This document shows positions 45,801-63,205 of a DNA stretch of 64,000 nt, in pieces; the stretch's first letter is position 1; every line of letters begins with the position of its first letter. Where the stretch lies: the NCBI RefSeq assembly GCF_009914755.1, contig NC_060934.1. The stretch is one strand, 5' to 3'. Made by a program: the position numbers and the translations under genes. Source of the DNA: the human T2T-CHM13v2.0 reference genome, Homo sapiens. The notes under the pieces are model-generated. The model was not told where the DNA came from and made no database searches. It was given only the letters and a program-made list of their open reading frames with translations.

Positions 45801-46699
45801 CAGCCACTCAGAGATAACCTCTATTCCATTTATGTTAGACTCCCAGCCACTTAGCCATCCATCCGTGCACATCTGTACATGTGCATGAATCTAACCACCC
45901 ATTAATGAAGACTAGATTACACAGCACCTATTTTTTTTTATAACCTGGTATATCCAATTAATATATGGTGACTATCTTCCCACATTATTATATATTCTTC
46001 CATATAATGGCAATAATTTTATTTTTGAAAAATCCCCCATAATTTATTGAACCAGGACCATATTGTTAGGCATTTGGTTTGTTCTCTTTTTGTTAGTCAT
46101 TGTAAACAATGCTGCAGCGAAATCTCTATGTGTTATATCCTTAGGCACATCTGTGATTATTTGCTTAGTCTGATTTAAACTGGTTGTGATAACGTGTTTT
46201 AAAGAAGTGTGTATATATCTCATTATGGATTAGTGTTTATGGCACTGTAATAAAGATACTTCCAATACAACTTTGATTTCTGACTATTTTTGTTATTTTA
46301 AACATATTTTAGATCTGTTTAAAAATACAAATTATTCAATTATTTAGAGCGATTGCCGGAAAATCTGTTTGACCCCAGAAACTGATGAATCAGTGGTAGA
46401 AGTGGAAGCAGTTAGGAGGCCAGGCGCTCTGTAAGAGCCACATGTAGTAATGGCTTAAGTCCCTGGATTTTTTTTCCTGATTACTATTATACTTACTATC
46501 TGTATGATTGTAGTTGTTATTTATTTTCTTCAAATTTCAATATCCTCATGAGAAAAATGGGCATATGGTACCTAAGTGAAAGGCAGTTTGGAGGATGCAG
46601 TGAGACATTATTTGCATAAGGAACGGCGGGGACAGAGGCTGCAGCGTGGCCAGTGCTTTGCCACATGTGGTCTACAAGGGTTGTCCGGTGTCACTCACT

Positions 46700-47100
46700 T
46701 TCCTGATCCAGTACCAATCGAGCCCTGTCCATTTCACTTCCCAAATCTCTTAGCTCCCTGCTCTTTTCCCACCCATGTCCACTGCTCTGTGTGTTTGACA
46801 CTTGACCCAGGACATTGTCACCACCTCAGCTTGTAATCAATTGAAGAGCTCTGGTGACTAAAGCCTCCCTGGCCTTCTCCAGAGTCTGCAGCCTAGCCAG
46901 GGCAACGCACTGTGGAGGGCCTCTGCTCTGCTTCTCTCCACCTGGATGTGTCCCCCTCCTCTAAAGAGCCCTCCCTCCTAGCCCTGAACTTCGTGTGTTG
47001 GCACCTTCCTGTCATTCAGCTCTTAGCATAAAAGTGACCTTCTCAGAAAGGCCTTGCCTGGCTGAACTGCCTATAGATTTACCCTGTTTTAATCTTTATC
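46700..47100 (+). mobile_element. L2 fragment
   Basis: cattcagctcttagcataaaagtgaccttctcagaaaggccttgcctg is L2 3'-region-like. An L2 terminus-like sequence (cttggcacatactagacacttaacgaatatttgctgaa) follows the big repeat at about 49975-50012. Confidence 0.55.
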
Positions 47101-47104
47101 AATT

Positions 47105-47255
47105 GGTTGTCAGTTTCCTCATATGTAAAATGGGCGATAATAGAGTGTCTGCCTCATAGGGTTGTTGTAAACATCAAATGAATCAAATATATGCTGAGTA
47201 CTTAGAAATTGTCTGGGACAGAGACAATGCTATATACATATGCTATAAAAATTAT
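47105..47255 (+). mobile_element. MIR 3' half
   Basis: cagtttcctcatatgtaaaatgggcgataatagagtgtctgcctcatagggttgttgta matches the MIR core. Confidence 0.8.
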
Positions 47256-47261
47256 CTCCAC

Positions 47262-49940
47262 GAACACCACAATCATGAACATCACTACCATCATCACTGC
47301 CATCACCACCACCATCACCATCACTACCATCCCCACCATCATCACCACCATCACCAACCCTATCACCACCACCACCATCACCACCATCACCACCATCCCC
47401 ACCATCATCACCACCATCACCACCACCATCACCACCACCACAATCACCACCACCACCATCACCACCACCATCACCACCACCACCACCATCACCACCATCC
47501 CCACCATCATTACCACCATCACCACCACCATCACCACCACCACCATCACCACCACCATCGCCACCACCATCACCACCACGACCATCACCACACCATCACC
47601 ACCACCACCATCATCATCATCACTACCATCCCCACCACCACCACCATCATCACCACCATCACCACCACCACCATCACAACCATCACTACCATCCCCACCA
47701 TCACCATCACCACCATCATCACCACCACCATCACCACCACCATCACCACCACCATCACCACCATCACCATCACCACCACCATCACCACCACCACCACCAT
47801 CACCACCATCACTACCATCCCCACCATCACCATCACCACCACCATCACCACCATCACCACCACCATCACTACCATCACCACCACCACCATCACCACCATC
47901 ACTACCATCCCCACCATCATCACCACCATCACCATCACTACCACTCCCACCATCATCACCACCATTACCGCCACCACCATCACCACTGTAACTGCCATCA
48001 CCACCACCATCACCATCATTACCACTCCCACCATCATCACCACCATTACCGCCACCACCATCACCACTGTAACTGCCATCACCACCACCATCACCATCAC
48101 TACCATCCCCACCATCATCACCACCATCACCACTGTAACTGCCATCACCACCACCATCATCACCACCATCACCATCACTACCACCCCCACCATCATCACC
48201 ACCATCACCATCACTACCACCCTCACCATCATCAGTACCATCACCACCACCATCACCACCGCCACCATCATCACCACCACCACCATCACCACCGCCATCA
48301 CCATCACTACCATCCCCACCATCACCACCACCATCACGACTGTAACTGCCATCACCACCACCATCACCATCACTACCATCCCCACCATCACCACCACCAT
48401 CACCACTGTAACTGCCATCACCACCACCATCACCATCACTACCATCCCCACCATCACCACCACCATCACCACTGTAACTGCCATCACCACCACCATCACC
48501 ATCACCACCACCATCACCACTGTAACTGCCATCACCATCACTACCATCCCCATCACCACCACCATCACCACTGTAACTGCCATCACCACCACCATCATCA
48601 CCACTATCTCTACCATCCCCACCATCACCACCACCATCATCACCACCATCACCACCACCATCACCATCACTACCACCATCACCAGTGTAAGTGCCATCAC
48701 CATCACCACCACCACCATCACCACTGTAACTGCCATCACCACCACCATCACCATCACTACCACTCCCACCATCATCACCATCATTACCGCCACCACCATC
48801 ACCACTGTAACTGCCATCACCACCACCATCACCATCACTACCATCCCCACCATCATCACCACCATCACCACTGTAACTGCCATCACCACCACCATCATCA
48901 CCACCATCACCATCACTACCACCCCCACCATCATCACCACCATCACTACCACCACCATCATCATCACCACCATCACCACCACCATCAGCACCACCACCAC
49001 CATCAGCACCACCACCACCATCATCACCACCATCACCACCACCACCACCATCATCACCACCAGCACCATCATCACCACCATCACCACCACCACCACCACC
49101 ACCATCACCACCACCACCACCATCATCACCACCATCACCACCACCATGTTCACCACCACCACCGTCATCACCACCACCACCACCATCACCACAATCACCA
49201 CCACCACCATCACCACCACCACCATCATCATCACCACCACCACCACCATCATCACCACCATCACCACCACCACCATCATCATCACCAACACCATCATCAG
49301 CACCACCACCACCATCATCACCACCATCACCACCACCACCACCATCTTCACCACCACCACCATCATCACCACCACCACCGTCATCACCACCATCACCACC
49401 ACCACCACCATCATCACCACCATCACCACCACCACCATCTTCACCACCGCCACCACCATCATCACCACCACCACCATCATCACCACCATCACCACCACCA
49501 CCACCATCATCACCACCATCACCACTACCACCATCATCATCACCATCACTACCATCCCCCACCATCATCACCACCATCACCATCACCACCACCACCATCA
49601 TCACCACCATCACTACCACTACCATCATCATCACCACTATCACCATCACCACCACCACCATCACCACCATCACCACCATCATCACCACCATCACCACTAC
49701 CATCATCATCACCATCACTACCACCCCCCACCATCATCACCACCATCACCATCACCACCACCATCACTACCACCCCCCACCATCACCACCACCATCACCA
49801 TCACACCACCATCACTACCACCCCCATCATCATCACCACCACCATCACCATCACCACCACCATCACTACCACCCCCACCATCATCACCACCATCATCACT
49901 AGCACTGCCGCTACCATCACCACTGCACCATCATCATGAC
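47262..49940. repeat. Large degenerate (CAC/CAT)n trinucleotide repeat with higher-order units
   Basis: About 2.7 kb of CAC/CAT/TAC triplets, nearly devoid of G on the plus strand. The central part carries recurring ACCACTGTAACTGCCATC units. Confidence 0.98.
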
Positions 49941-51075
49941 TTCCTGGCACTATCATCACAAATGTCACCACCATACTTGGCACATACTAGACACTTAACG
50001 AATATTTGCTGAACGTGTGGACTTCAGCTATTTCAATTCCCTCCTCAGTGATGTTCCTGTTCTCCAGTTTGTCTCCCTTCACCCCAACCATTCTCCATAG
50101 GCCTACAAACCTGATTGCAGCAATATTTTTTTTTCAGTCCAGTCCCTTTTCCCGTGCATCGAGGCCTGGTCTGAAACACAAAGCCCTGATAACTTGCCCC
50201 TCATGCTCATCTCATGCTGGCAACCCCTATGCCCCTGGCTTCAGTGACACACACCTACTTACAGTTTCCAGAACAGATCGGTTGATCTCTCTCCTGGTTC
50301 TGTGCCTTTGCTCACAATGTGCCTCCTGTCTGGAATTCATTTCCTTATCTCTCTGATCCGGCTAATTTAAATTTATTTTCCAAACATAAACTCCTGCATC
50401 ATCTCCTTTTGGAATTGTTTCCCGAGTCCCATTTCTCCCCCACGCATGGGTGAGCAGGGCCGCCTCTATGTTTTGCCGCTGTGATTCCATTCATCCTCTG
50501 GTACAGCACTTTCCCTGCTCCATTGCAGCGCAGAGCTTCGCCTCTGGATTGTGAAGGTAGGAATCTTGCCTTGCCCATCTTTCTTATTTCTAGCAGGTGT
50601 CACGTTGAGAGGCACATATTTGATGCACAATATGGATTGGTTGAACGAATAAGGGAATGACTGGTCCATTACATTTCTTGTGTGGGTTAGGCACCATTAG
50701 GTTAATAAAACGAGGATTACAGTTTGCGGATAAAATGAAATAATCGAAAATCTTATAGTAGGTTTCTGAATATCTTGATAGGTTATCATATTCAAAAATT
50801 TGTTAAATTACACACATGTGCATTATAATGCATTGTCTATTCAATTACATACTGAGTACGTTCTGAGAACTGGGGGTGGGCTGGGGCAGAGCTCCTGCGC
50901 ATATCAGGCCCAGATGTGCACCAGCATCTCAGTCCCATTTTATTCCAGTTGTGTAATCTGACAGTGGCATCACCTCAGCATGACAAGTTCCTGTCCCTTC
51001 CTGGCTTGAAGCTTCTCTGGGTGGGATACCTAACCATGGGGACTGGCTCAACACTCAGGCATAAGCAACCAGGAA

Positions 51076-51358
51076 GTGTGTGCCTGCATGTATATATGTG
51101 TGTGCATGTGTGTATACATGTGCATGCCTGCATGTGTGTATGCGTGTGCATGCATGTGTACGTGGGTGCATGCCTGCAAGTGTGCATATGCATGTGTGTG
51201 CACGCATACGTGCATGTGCATATATGCGTATGCATGTGTGTATGTGCGTGTGTGTGCATGTGTGTAGGGGGAATGTGTGTGTATGCATGTGTATGTGCGT
51301 GTATGCATGTGCATGTGGGTGCATGTGTGCATGTGTGTGCGTGTGCGTGCGTGTGTGT
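51076..51358. repeat. Alternating purine-pyrimidine (TG/CA/TA) low-complexity repeat
   Basis: Runs of tgtg, tgca and tatg over about 280 bp. Confidence 0.92.
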
Positions 51359-51361
51359 AGG

Positions 51362-51710
51362 GGGAATTTTCTGTGGGAGTTGTTGCCTGAGGGGTCCCCC
51401 TTGACCAATAGGAGTGAAAGTCAATGAATGCATGTTTTTCCTTTCCCTCCTCCAGGCAGACAGCTCTGACTTGCATCTCAATAACAAATGCAACTCAATA
51501 AGACCCCTGAGAGGGTCGTGGCAGGATCCAGCACCGGTTGCCTGCAGCAGTGACCAATTCAATGACACATCCCTACTGCAGCTGTCCCCTGGCCTGTTTC
51601 ATCCTCCCTCATCCTCCCCTTCTGCACCCTGGGATCACCTCCCAATTAAACTACCTGCACACTAGCCTTTGTCCCTAGCTCTGCTTTCAGGGACATCCAG
51701 GCTCACAAGG
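51362..51710 (+). mobile_element. LTR16-like ERVL LTR fragment
   Basis: ccctgggatcacctcccaattaaactacctgcac...ctctgctttcaggg is characteristic of LTR16 3' ends. Confidence 0.7.
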
Positions 51711-53351
51711 GTTGCCACAGTTTCAGATTTGAAACTAGCAGGAGGTCTCACGCACTTACATTCCAGAGAACCACAGTTTTCAATAAGAATGAGCTTTTAA
51801 AAAAATACAGAACAGAATTTGGTGGTCGTGTGTTTACTTCTCTCTTTTGGAATATCTAGAATTTATGGATGTTTAATAATGCCTGCAGAAAATATAATTA
51901 TTTTTCTAGCCTCTGAGAACACACTTAGATGCTTTATAGATTTGGTTATCAGCAGGGATCTTGCTGTGGATGTCTTGACTTGGTTTAATTAAATTAACCA
52001 TGATGTTGACGCTATTATACTTGTGGTGAGTAATATCCTTTTTGGGGGTTGCTGTTTATTTTAGGAAATTGTTATGTTGAATCTGCTGATTGATTCCAAT
52101 GTAAATCTTTTGATTAAGGAGGGGCTGTTAATTAGTTTATTTGCATTTTTTTAAATAGAGACGGGGTCCTGCTATGTTGCCCAGGCTTGAACTCCTGGCC
52201 TCAAGCAATCCTCCCGCCTCAGCCTCTGGAGTAGCTAGGATTACAGGCATGAATCACTTGCACAAAGCAGTTTATTTAAAAATTTCCTTGTATCTATGCA
52301 TCTAGGTACAGTGACAGTTCTAAGAATTCATCCGCGCAGTGGATTCTTTTATGGCAGGCACTGCACCTGATACTCAGGTTACAATGGAAGCCAGACACGG
52401 CCCCTGATCTTAGGGCACTGCCTGGTTGTAGGGAGACCCCCAGGCAATAAGCAAGAGCAAAGCAGTCCTGCAGGTACTGTGCCAGGAGCAAGGAGGAGGG
52501 GCTCATTTTGCTGGGGAGTAGAGAGTGGGAGGGGGAGTAATTCAGGAAGGGCTCCCTAGAGAAGGTGACTGTTGGGTCTTGGCTTAAAACTAGATATTGG
52601 CAGGGATGGGGAGTAGGGCAATCCAGGGGGGCAGGCATGGGGACAGTGTACACAAAGCCCAGAGGCAAGAAGTGCCTTGGTGCCTGGTCACAATACCAAA
52701 GGAGGTGGTGGATGCTGATGAGACTGGGATTTTAGCACACAGGGAACTGGGGCCACTGAAGACATTGGGTAAGAGGGTGGTGACCACACCAGCAAAGCAG
52801 CTAATTGAGAGTGGGAGCAGAGGTAGGGACGCAAGGGGAGAGACACAGCCCTGAGTCAAGATGCCTTTGGAAGGAATGGAGAGCAGGGCTTGGGCAGAAG
52901 AAATGGTAGTAATTGGGGCCTCCCAATGGGGTGGGCACAGTGAGTCAGACCAGTCTGGTTGGCTCAGTCTTAGGAGAATGGATTGGTCTGCTACTGCCCT
53001 AAGGGGCCCTTGCCCTGGGCACAGGTGCTGTGGGGCCCCAGCTTTGCACCTATAAAACATTTCACACATTTTTATACCAATTATGCCCTTGCTCATGTTT
53101 AATCACCTGTTCCCAGGTTACCACCCCCAACCATCTATACAACATGTAATGGGGAACTATCAGAAGAGGGGCAAGGAGTGGGCTCACAGATGTGACTTTT
53201 GCATTCCATTCAGAACTTCAGAGATGTTTTCCTTAAAGATATCTTCCAGTGATCCTATTCTTTTGGCATTTGGAGCACACAGCATCTGACCTTGGACACA
53301 GGGAAGCTTCTAGACTGGGCCCAAGAGATTCAAATGTTACTGTTCTAATGG

Positions 53352-53909
<558 letters not shown>

Positions 53910-54379
53910 TAGAACTATGTTTATGGCTGCTGAGCTTTGCTTGTCTATGAAGGGCTTGCTTCTCTCTCAAATTTAGCCCAGTTAGGGGACTTTGGAGCCA
54001 CTGATCACGAGTACACACTTGTACTATATTTGGTGTCTTCTGTTATAATAGCAATGAAGGTGTTTCATGACCCTCTCCACCTTCCCTGAAAGTGGCACTC
54101 CTTTATGTGGACATTGGTGCCATGCAGCCACTATGGTAGAAGATGGGATGGAAATAAAAACTTAAACCACTGCCAAAGTAATAATAAATAAATGAGTGTT
54201 TGTGTGTATGTGGGGGCGGGGGGTGGATGGAGTAGGGGGTGTAGGCTGTGATGGTTTTGATAGTTGGATTTAGTAGATGACTATAAAGAAAAGAAACGGT
54301 GTGATGTAGCCAGAATCTATAAACTCATAGGAGAAAGGGACCAAGGTATGAGAGGCTGAGGATTAAGATAATGTATTTA

Positions 54380-55460
<1,081 letters not shown>

Positions 55461-56459
55461 TTTATCAACACTTATCAAGTATTGTGATAAGTCTAGGCAT
55501 ATAAGAGACTGTCCTTGAGCTCACAATATACATTATTTTAATAGTCTCTCTATCTTCTTTCATGGAAAGATTGTGCCAGAGTTGATTACTCTACCAGTGA
55601 TTGCAGATTTCCTATTACTTGTAAAATGGAAGTTGAGATGTAAAGCAATAATGTGGGTATTTCAGGTAGAAAGATTTTATAATCTAATTAGAAATAGATG
55701 AGTAACAGATAGAATAGGCTGATCACTAGAGTTTGACTAAGAAGACCAGGGTTTGAAACCAGCTCCAGTCTTTCCTCGCTGTATGATGTAGGGCTTATTC
55801 AGTACTTTGTCTCTGCCTCAATTACTCACTTACTACAAAATGGGACTACAAATCATACCAATTTGTAAAGGGCATTAAATAATGTAGGGACTATGGGCAT
55901 GTGCCTGGCAAATAATAACAATACAAAACAGCTTTTTCCTTCTTTTGTTTTTCCTGGCATTATTCAGTTCTGTTAAATATCATCTTCACTTTTTACATGC
56001 AAAGAGATAGTGCTCAGAAAATGTTTTTAGTGTGAACATAGACTATCTTCAAATGTAATGATTTACATATATAAAAATTTACAGTGACAGTCCCTTTAAT
56101 CTCAATGCTTTTTTTTTCAGTCGGCAGAAATGTAAACAGACATTTTCTGGAGTACAGGAGCCATGGAGAGAGGCTTGAACTCCCCCTGATGAAATAGAAC
56201 AAGTAAAGATTCATTCCAAACTCATATTTTTGTCTCACACTTAGCCAGTTACTCTTCAGTAGAAATGAGAGATAGCTTGTCTTTAACAGTCTCATACTTG
56301 GCTTAATGAACAAGAGTCATGATTTCTAAATCAAGGTTTTAACTTCTTCTTGAAAACTTTTCGTAGAAAAAAATATGAGAAGAATGTTGCTATTCAAGAA
56401 GTTTCTAAACACAACCAGCCATTTTTTTAAAAAGTAGCAGTTTCGTTAAAAAGAGAACA

Positions 56460-58160
56460 GCTTGCATTTTCAGAAGTTTGGATTTAATATGCCTAGCTGT
56501 AGCTTTTTTTCCCTTCATTTATACTGCTCAGTGTTCTTGGAGTTTCTTGGCTTTGTGGTTTGGTGTTTGACATTAATTTGGGGGGAATTCTCAGTCACTG
56601 TTGCTGAAAATATTGTTTCCAGTTCTATCTCTGTTTTTTCTCCTTCTGGGATGCCCTTGTGTGTGTATGTTATACCTTTTGTAGTTATTCCAGAGTTTTT
56701 GGATACAGTGTCCTGGGTTTTTTCCCCCAACTTTTTTTCCTCTGTGTTTTTCTGTTTTGGATGTTTCTAGTATCATATCCTCATGCTGAGAGATTCTTTT
56801 CTCATCTGTGTTTAATCTACAGCCCATCAAAGGCATTCTTCATTTCTGTTGTAGTGTTTTTGATCTCTAGCACTTCTTTTTGATTCTTAGAATTTCTATC
56901 TCTCTGCTCCCATTACCCATCTACTCTTGCATGTTGTCTGTTTTTGGAAGCCTTTATTATATTAGAGTTTAACAAATTTCCTGCTCTGATAATTCCATTG
57001 TCCCTATCTGACTCAGGTAGAGATGGTTTTTAAAATCTCTTCAAACTATGTATCTTGTCTTTTTGTATGCCTTGTAAATTTTTGTTGAAAGGCAGACATT
57101 ATTTACTGGCTAAAAGGGACTATGGTAAACAGATAAGTAATGTGATGGTAAGGTGTGGGTCAAGGGGAAGTCTTCTATAGTTCTACAGGTTTCAGTTTTG
57201 GTCAACCTGTACCACTATGCTGTAATCTTCACCAGTGGTTTTCAACAGCTCCCTTAGCAGGGACAGGATGGCAAGAGGCTGCTGGAGTTGGGTGTTTCTT
57301 TTTTCCAAGTTAGGTTTGGCTCTGATAATACTCTAGCAAGTTAGGTGTTGGTAAAATAGTTTCTCCTGAGGGCAGAGCAAGCCTTTTCCAGGATAACAGA
57401 AAGCTCTGGCATATTTTGAAATTATTCCTGTTCCCCTCTCCTTGCTGGAAACAGAAGATTTTTTTTTCCTGGTATTTACTGTGAGGATGTGGTAGAGGTT
57501 CTGGAGGTAAAACTCATAGGAGATTCTCCATACAATTGGGTCCCCCTAGAGTTTTTGTTTTGTTTTTGTGTTTTTTTAAGAGACAAGGTCTTAAGGCTGG
57601 ACTACAGGGGTGCAATCATGGCTTATTGCAGCCGCCTCAATCTCCTGTGCTCAAGCAATCCTCCTGCCTCAGCCTCCTGAGTAGCTGAGACTACAGGTGC
57701 ACAGTATCATGCCCAGCTAATTATTTAAAAAAAATTTTAGCTGAGATGAGGTCTTACTATGTTGCTAGGCTGGTCTTGAACTCCTGGCCTCAAGTGATCC
57801 ACCCTCCTTGGCCTCCCAAGGTGCTGGGATTACAGGCGTGAAACAGCGCATCCAGCCTCCCTGGAGTTTTTATTTTTCAGTCTTGTCCAAATTGAGTCTT
57901 CAGCAATTCATCAATCACAGTTGAGGTTTTCCTACCCTCACACTTGTTCCCATGGAAGTTTGTGCTCATGGGTTTCTCCGCTGGTGATGGAATTCTCTTT
58001 ATCTGCCTTTCTGACCCTCCAGTTCTGGGGGCTATATTTTGCCCTATGACTTCCCTTTGCCGAGAACCTAAGAAAGGTTGATTTTCAGTTTCCTCAGCTT
58101 TTTCCTTGTTGTTAGAGCAGAGTGGAGACTTCTCAGCTTCTTCCATTGCCAGACCAGAAG
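56460..58160 (-). mobile_element. Ancient L1M 5'/ORF1-region fragment, interrupted by an Alu
   Basis: Contains ggggaattctcagtcactgttgct and agcccatcaaaggcattcttcatttctgtt, typical of L1M antisense sequence. Confidence 0.65.
57553..57857 (-). mobile_element. Alu (AluJ-like)
   Basis: Antisense dimer within the L1M fragment. Confidence 0.88.
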
Positions 58161-58779
58161 TGGGAAGACTCCCCTATGATTTCATTCTTGCAGAGTTTAT
58201 TTTAAAAAGCAGCCAACTCACATTGTGAACATAGCCTTATATAAGAACAAATGTACAAAATATAACCCTGCATGAAAATACACATTGTGCTGAGGTGGGG
58301 AGAAAGCCAAGTGATTCTTTCAAAACCATGTGACAACAGCCCTTAAAACTGACATTTGTTTCCATTGTGGGGCATTAAACTAAGTATAGATTTGCTTATA
58401 TATGACATAAGCATCCTGATTTTATATATTTGCAGCTGAAAGAGCTTTGGTGAGTGACATGTCCATGTATTGATATTTACATGACCTTTGAAATTTATTT
58501 CAAATATAAAATGGGCTCACTATAGACTTTTGAAAATATAAAAACACATGTGCTGCTGAAATACTTTAAAATCTGATGAGTATGTTACCTACAAAGAATC
58601 TTACTACTTTAAGAGTAATTAATGTTAATTTAGAAATTCTGAAATTATTTCCATCTTCTTTGGGTATGGTTATAAGTCTTTTCCTGAACATTTTTTGAAC
58701 ATGAAATATGATGGAATTAGCTAATGATAGATGTGAAAATTAACTGATTAAAACCTGGAGAGTTTGAGCAGGTACCTGA

Positions 58780-59320
<541 letters not shown>

Positions 59321-60072
59321 TCATGACAGCTATCTTTAACTTATGTATATTCTTCCAGATTTTCTCATGTATGCTGTAATAGTTATAATTATTACTGATG
59401 CATATTAGTACATCATGAATATTATTCTGGCTCTAACTTTTTAACTTATGATGGCTTGTACTTTTTTGGGTTAGTCTATATAGATAATAAGCTCATTTAA
59501 AATATACTGCCTATTATTTCATTGTTTATTTTACCAATTTACCATAGATTATGTTACCAATTGCTTACGGTTTAATATGTGTTGTTTCTAATTTTTTTCA
59601 CTGTTAGAAACAATGCTGAAAAGAATATATTTGTGCACTCAGAGAATGTTTCCTTAGGAAAAATTTTGTAAGCAGAATAGCTGATTTAAAGAATATGCAT
59701 GTTTTCAATTGTAATAACTAGTGAGAAATTACTCTCTGAAAGGCTTGAACCAATTTAAACTTCTCCTTACCTATTTGTGGGCCAACTCTAGTTATTGTCT
59801 ATCTTTGTGAACCAATTCGATGAGTTAAAAAAATCTTATTTTTAAGCTTTATATATTAGAATTATAACAATATATATACATAATATAACATTAATGAGGT
59901 TAAGGATTTTTTGAGATGCTTGTTTTCATTAAAACACAATATTTAAATGAATGCAATTTCTAGTTAAAGTCCTTTACTGTCTTGATAGTTTAAACATAAT
60001 TTTATAGTTAACCCATTTTTTCCTTAATAAAAGTTTAAATAAGTTAATTGACCTTTAAAATTAACTAGATAA

Positions 60073-62492
<2,420 letters not shown>

Positions 62493-62856
62493 AAAATTAA
62501 CCAGATAAAATGATGTATTTAGTTTCGTTCTGGGTTTTGGTTGACAATATTTTGTAAATGCCTGTAGGTAGTGAGCCTAGCTGTAAATCATAACTAAATC
62601 ATCATAATTTACCAACACCCAACATGACATCCACAAAGGTATAACATCGATAATTCTGATGGTGTTGACAATATGCTAAACATCTGGATGAGAAGTGAAA
62701 ATTTATTTTGACAATCTATACACTACCAAAAAACAAACCTAGATGTTTGGCTTTAAGTAGTTTTGTCACTTCTCTCTTAAAAATAATTGTCTCCTCTCTG
62801 CATCTATTCATCTCTAATTGCTGCACTTTCCAATGTGGCCGACAGGAAGGAGTGCA

Positions 62857-63205
62857 CAGGTGGCCCTTTGCATTCACAGGTTCTGTGTCTCTGGATTTAA
62901 CCCATTGAGGCTAGACAACAGTCAAAAAAAATTTGTGTCTGTACCAAATATTTACAGCCTTTTCTCTTGTCATGATTTCCTGAGCAGTACAGCATAACAA
63001 CTACTTACCTAGCACTTACGTTGTGTTAGGTATTGTAAGTAACCTAGAGATGATGTATACAAGAGGATGTGCGTAGCTTATATGCAAACACGAGGCCAAT
63101 TTATATCAGGGACTTGGATACCTGTGGGTTTTGGTGTCTGTGGGAGTCCTGGAACTATTCCCCCATGGATGCGGCATGGAGTTGTCCCCCATGGAGGAAC
63201 AACTA
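62857..63205 (+). mobile_element. MER2-like TcMar-Tigger MITE
   Basis: Contains cagcataacaactacttacctagcacttacgttgtgttaggtattgtaagtaacctagagatg and tatcagggacttg...cctggaac. Confidence 0.8.

Noticed and set aside
47980-48890. Regularly recurring ACCACTGTAACTGCCATC units superficially like a CRISPR array
   Set aside because: The intervening sequences are themselves CAC/CAT repeats, not unique spacers; eukaryotic context and no cas genes.
47202-49724. 840-aa Gly/Asp and 656-aa Val/Met ORFs, and the 944-aa plus-strand ORF, as real genes (mucin- or histidine-rich-protein-like)
   Set aside because: Entirely translations of a triplet repeat, with composition switching at single-base slips; no signal peptide, splice structure or promoter. 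Kept only as a low-ranked finding.
50916-51568. Cys/Val/His/Thr-rich ORFs on both strands
   Set aside because: Translations of the (TG/CA) alternating repeat.
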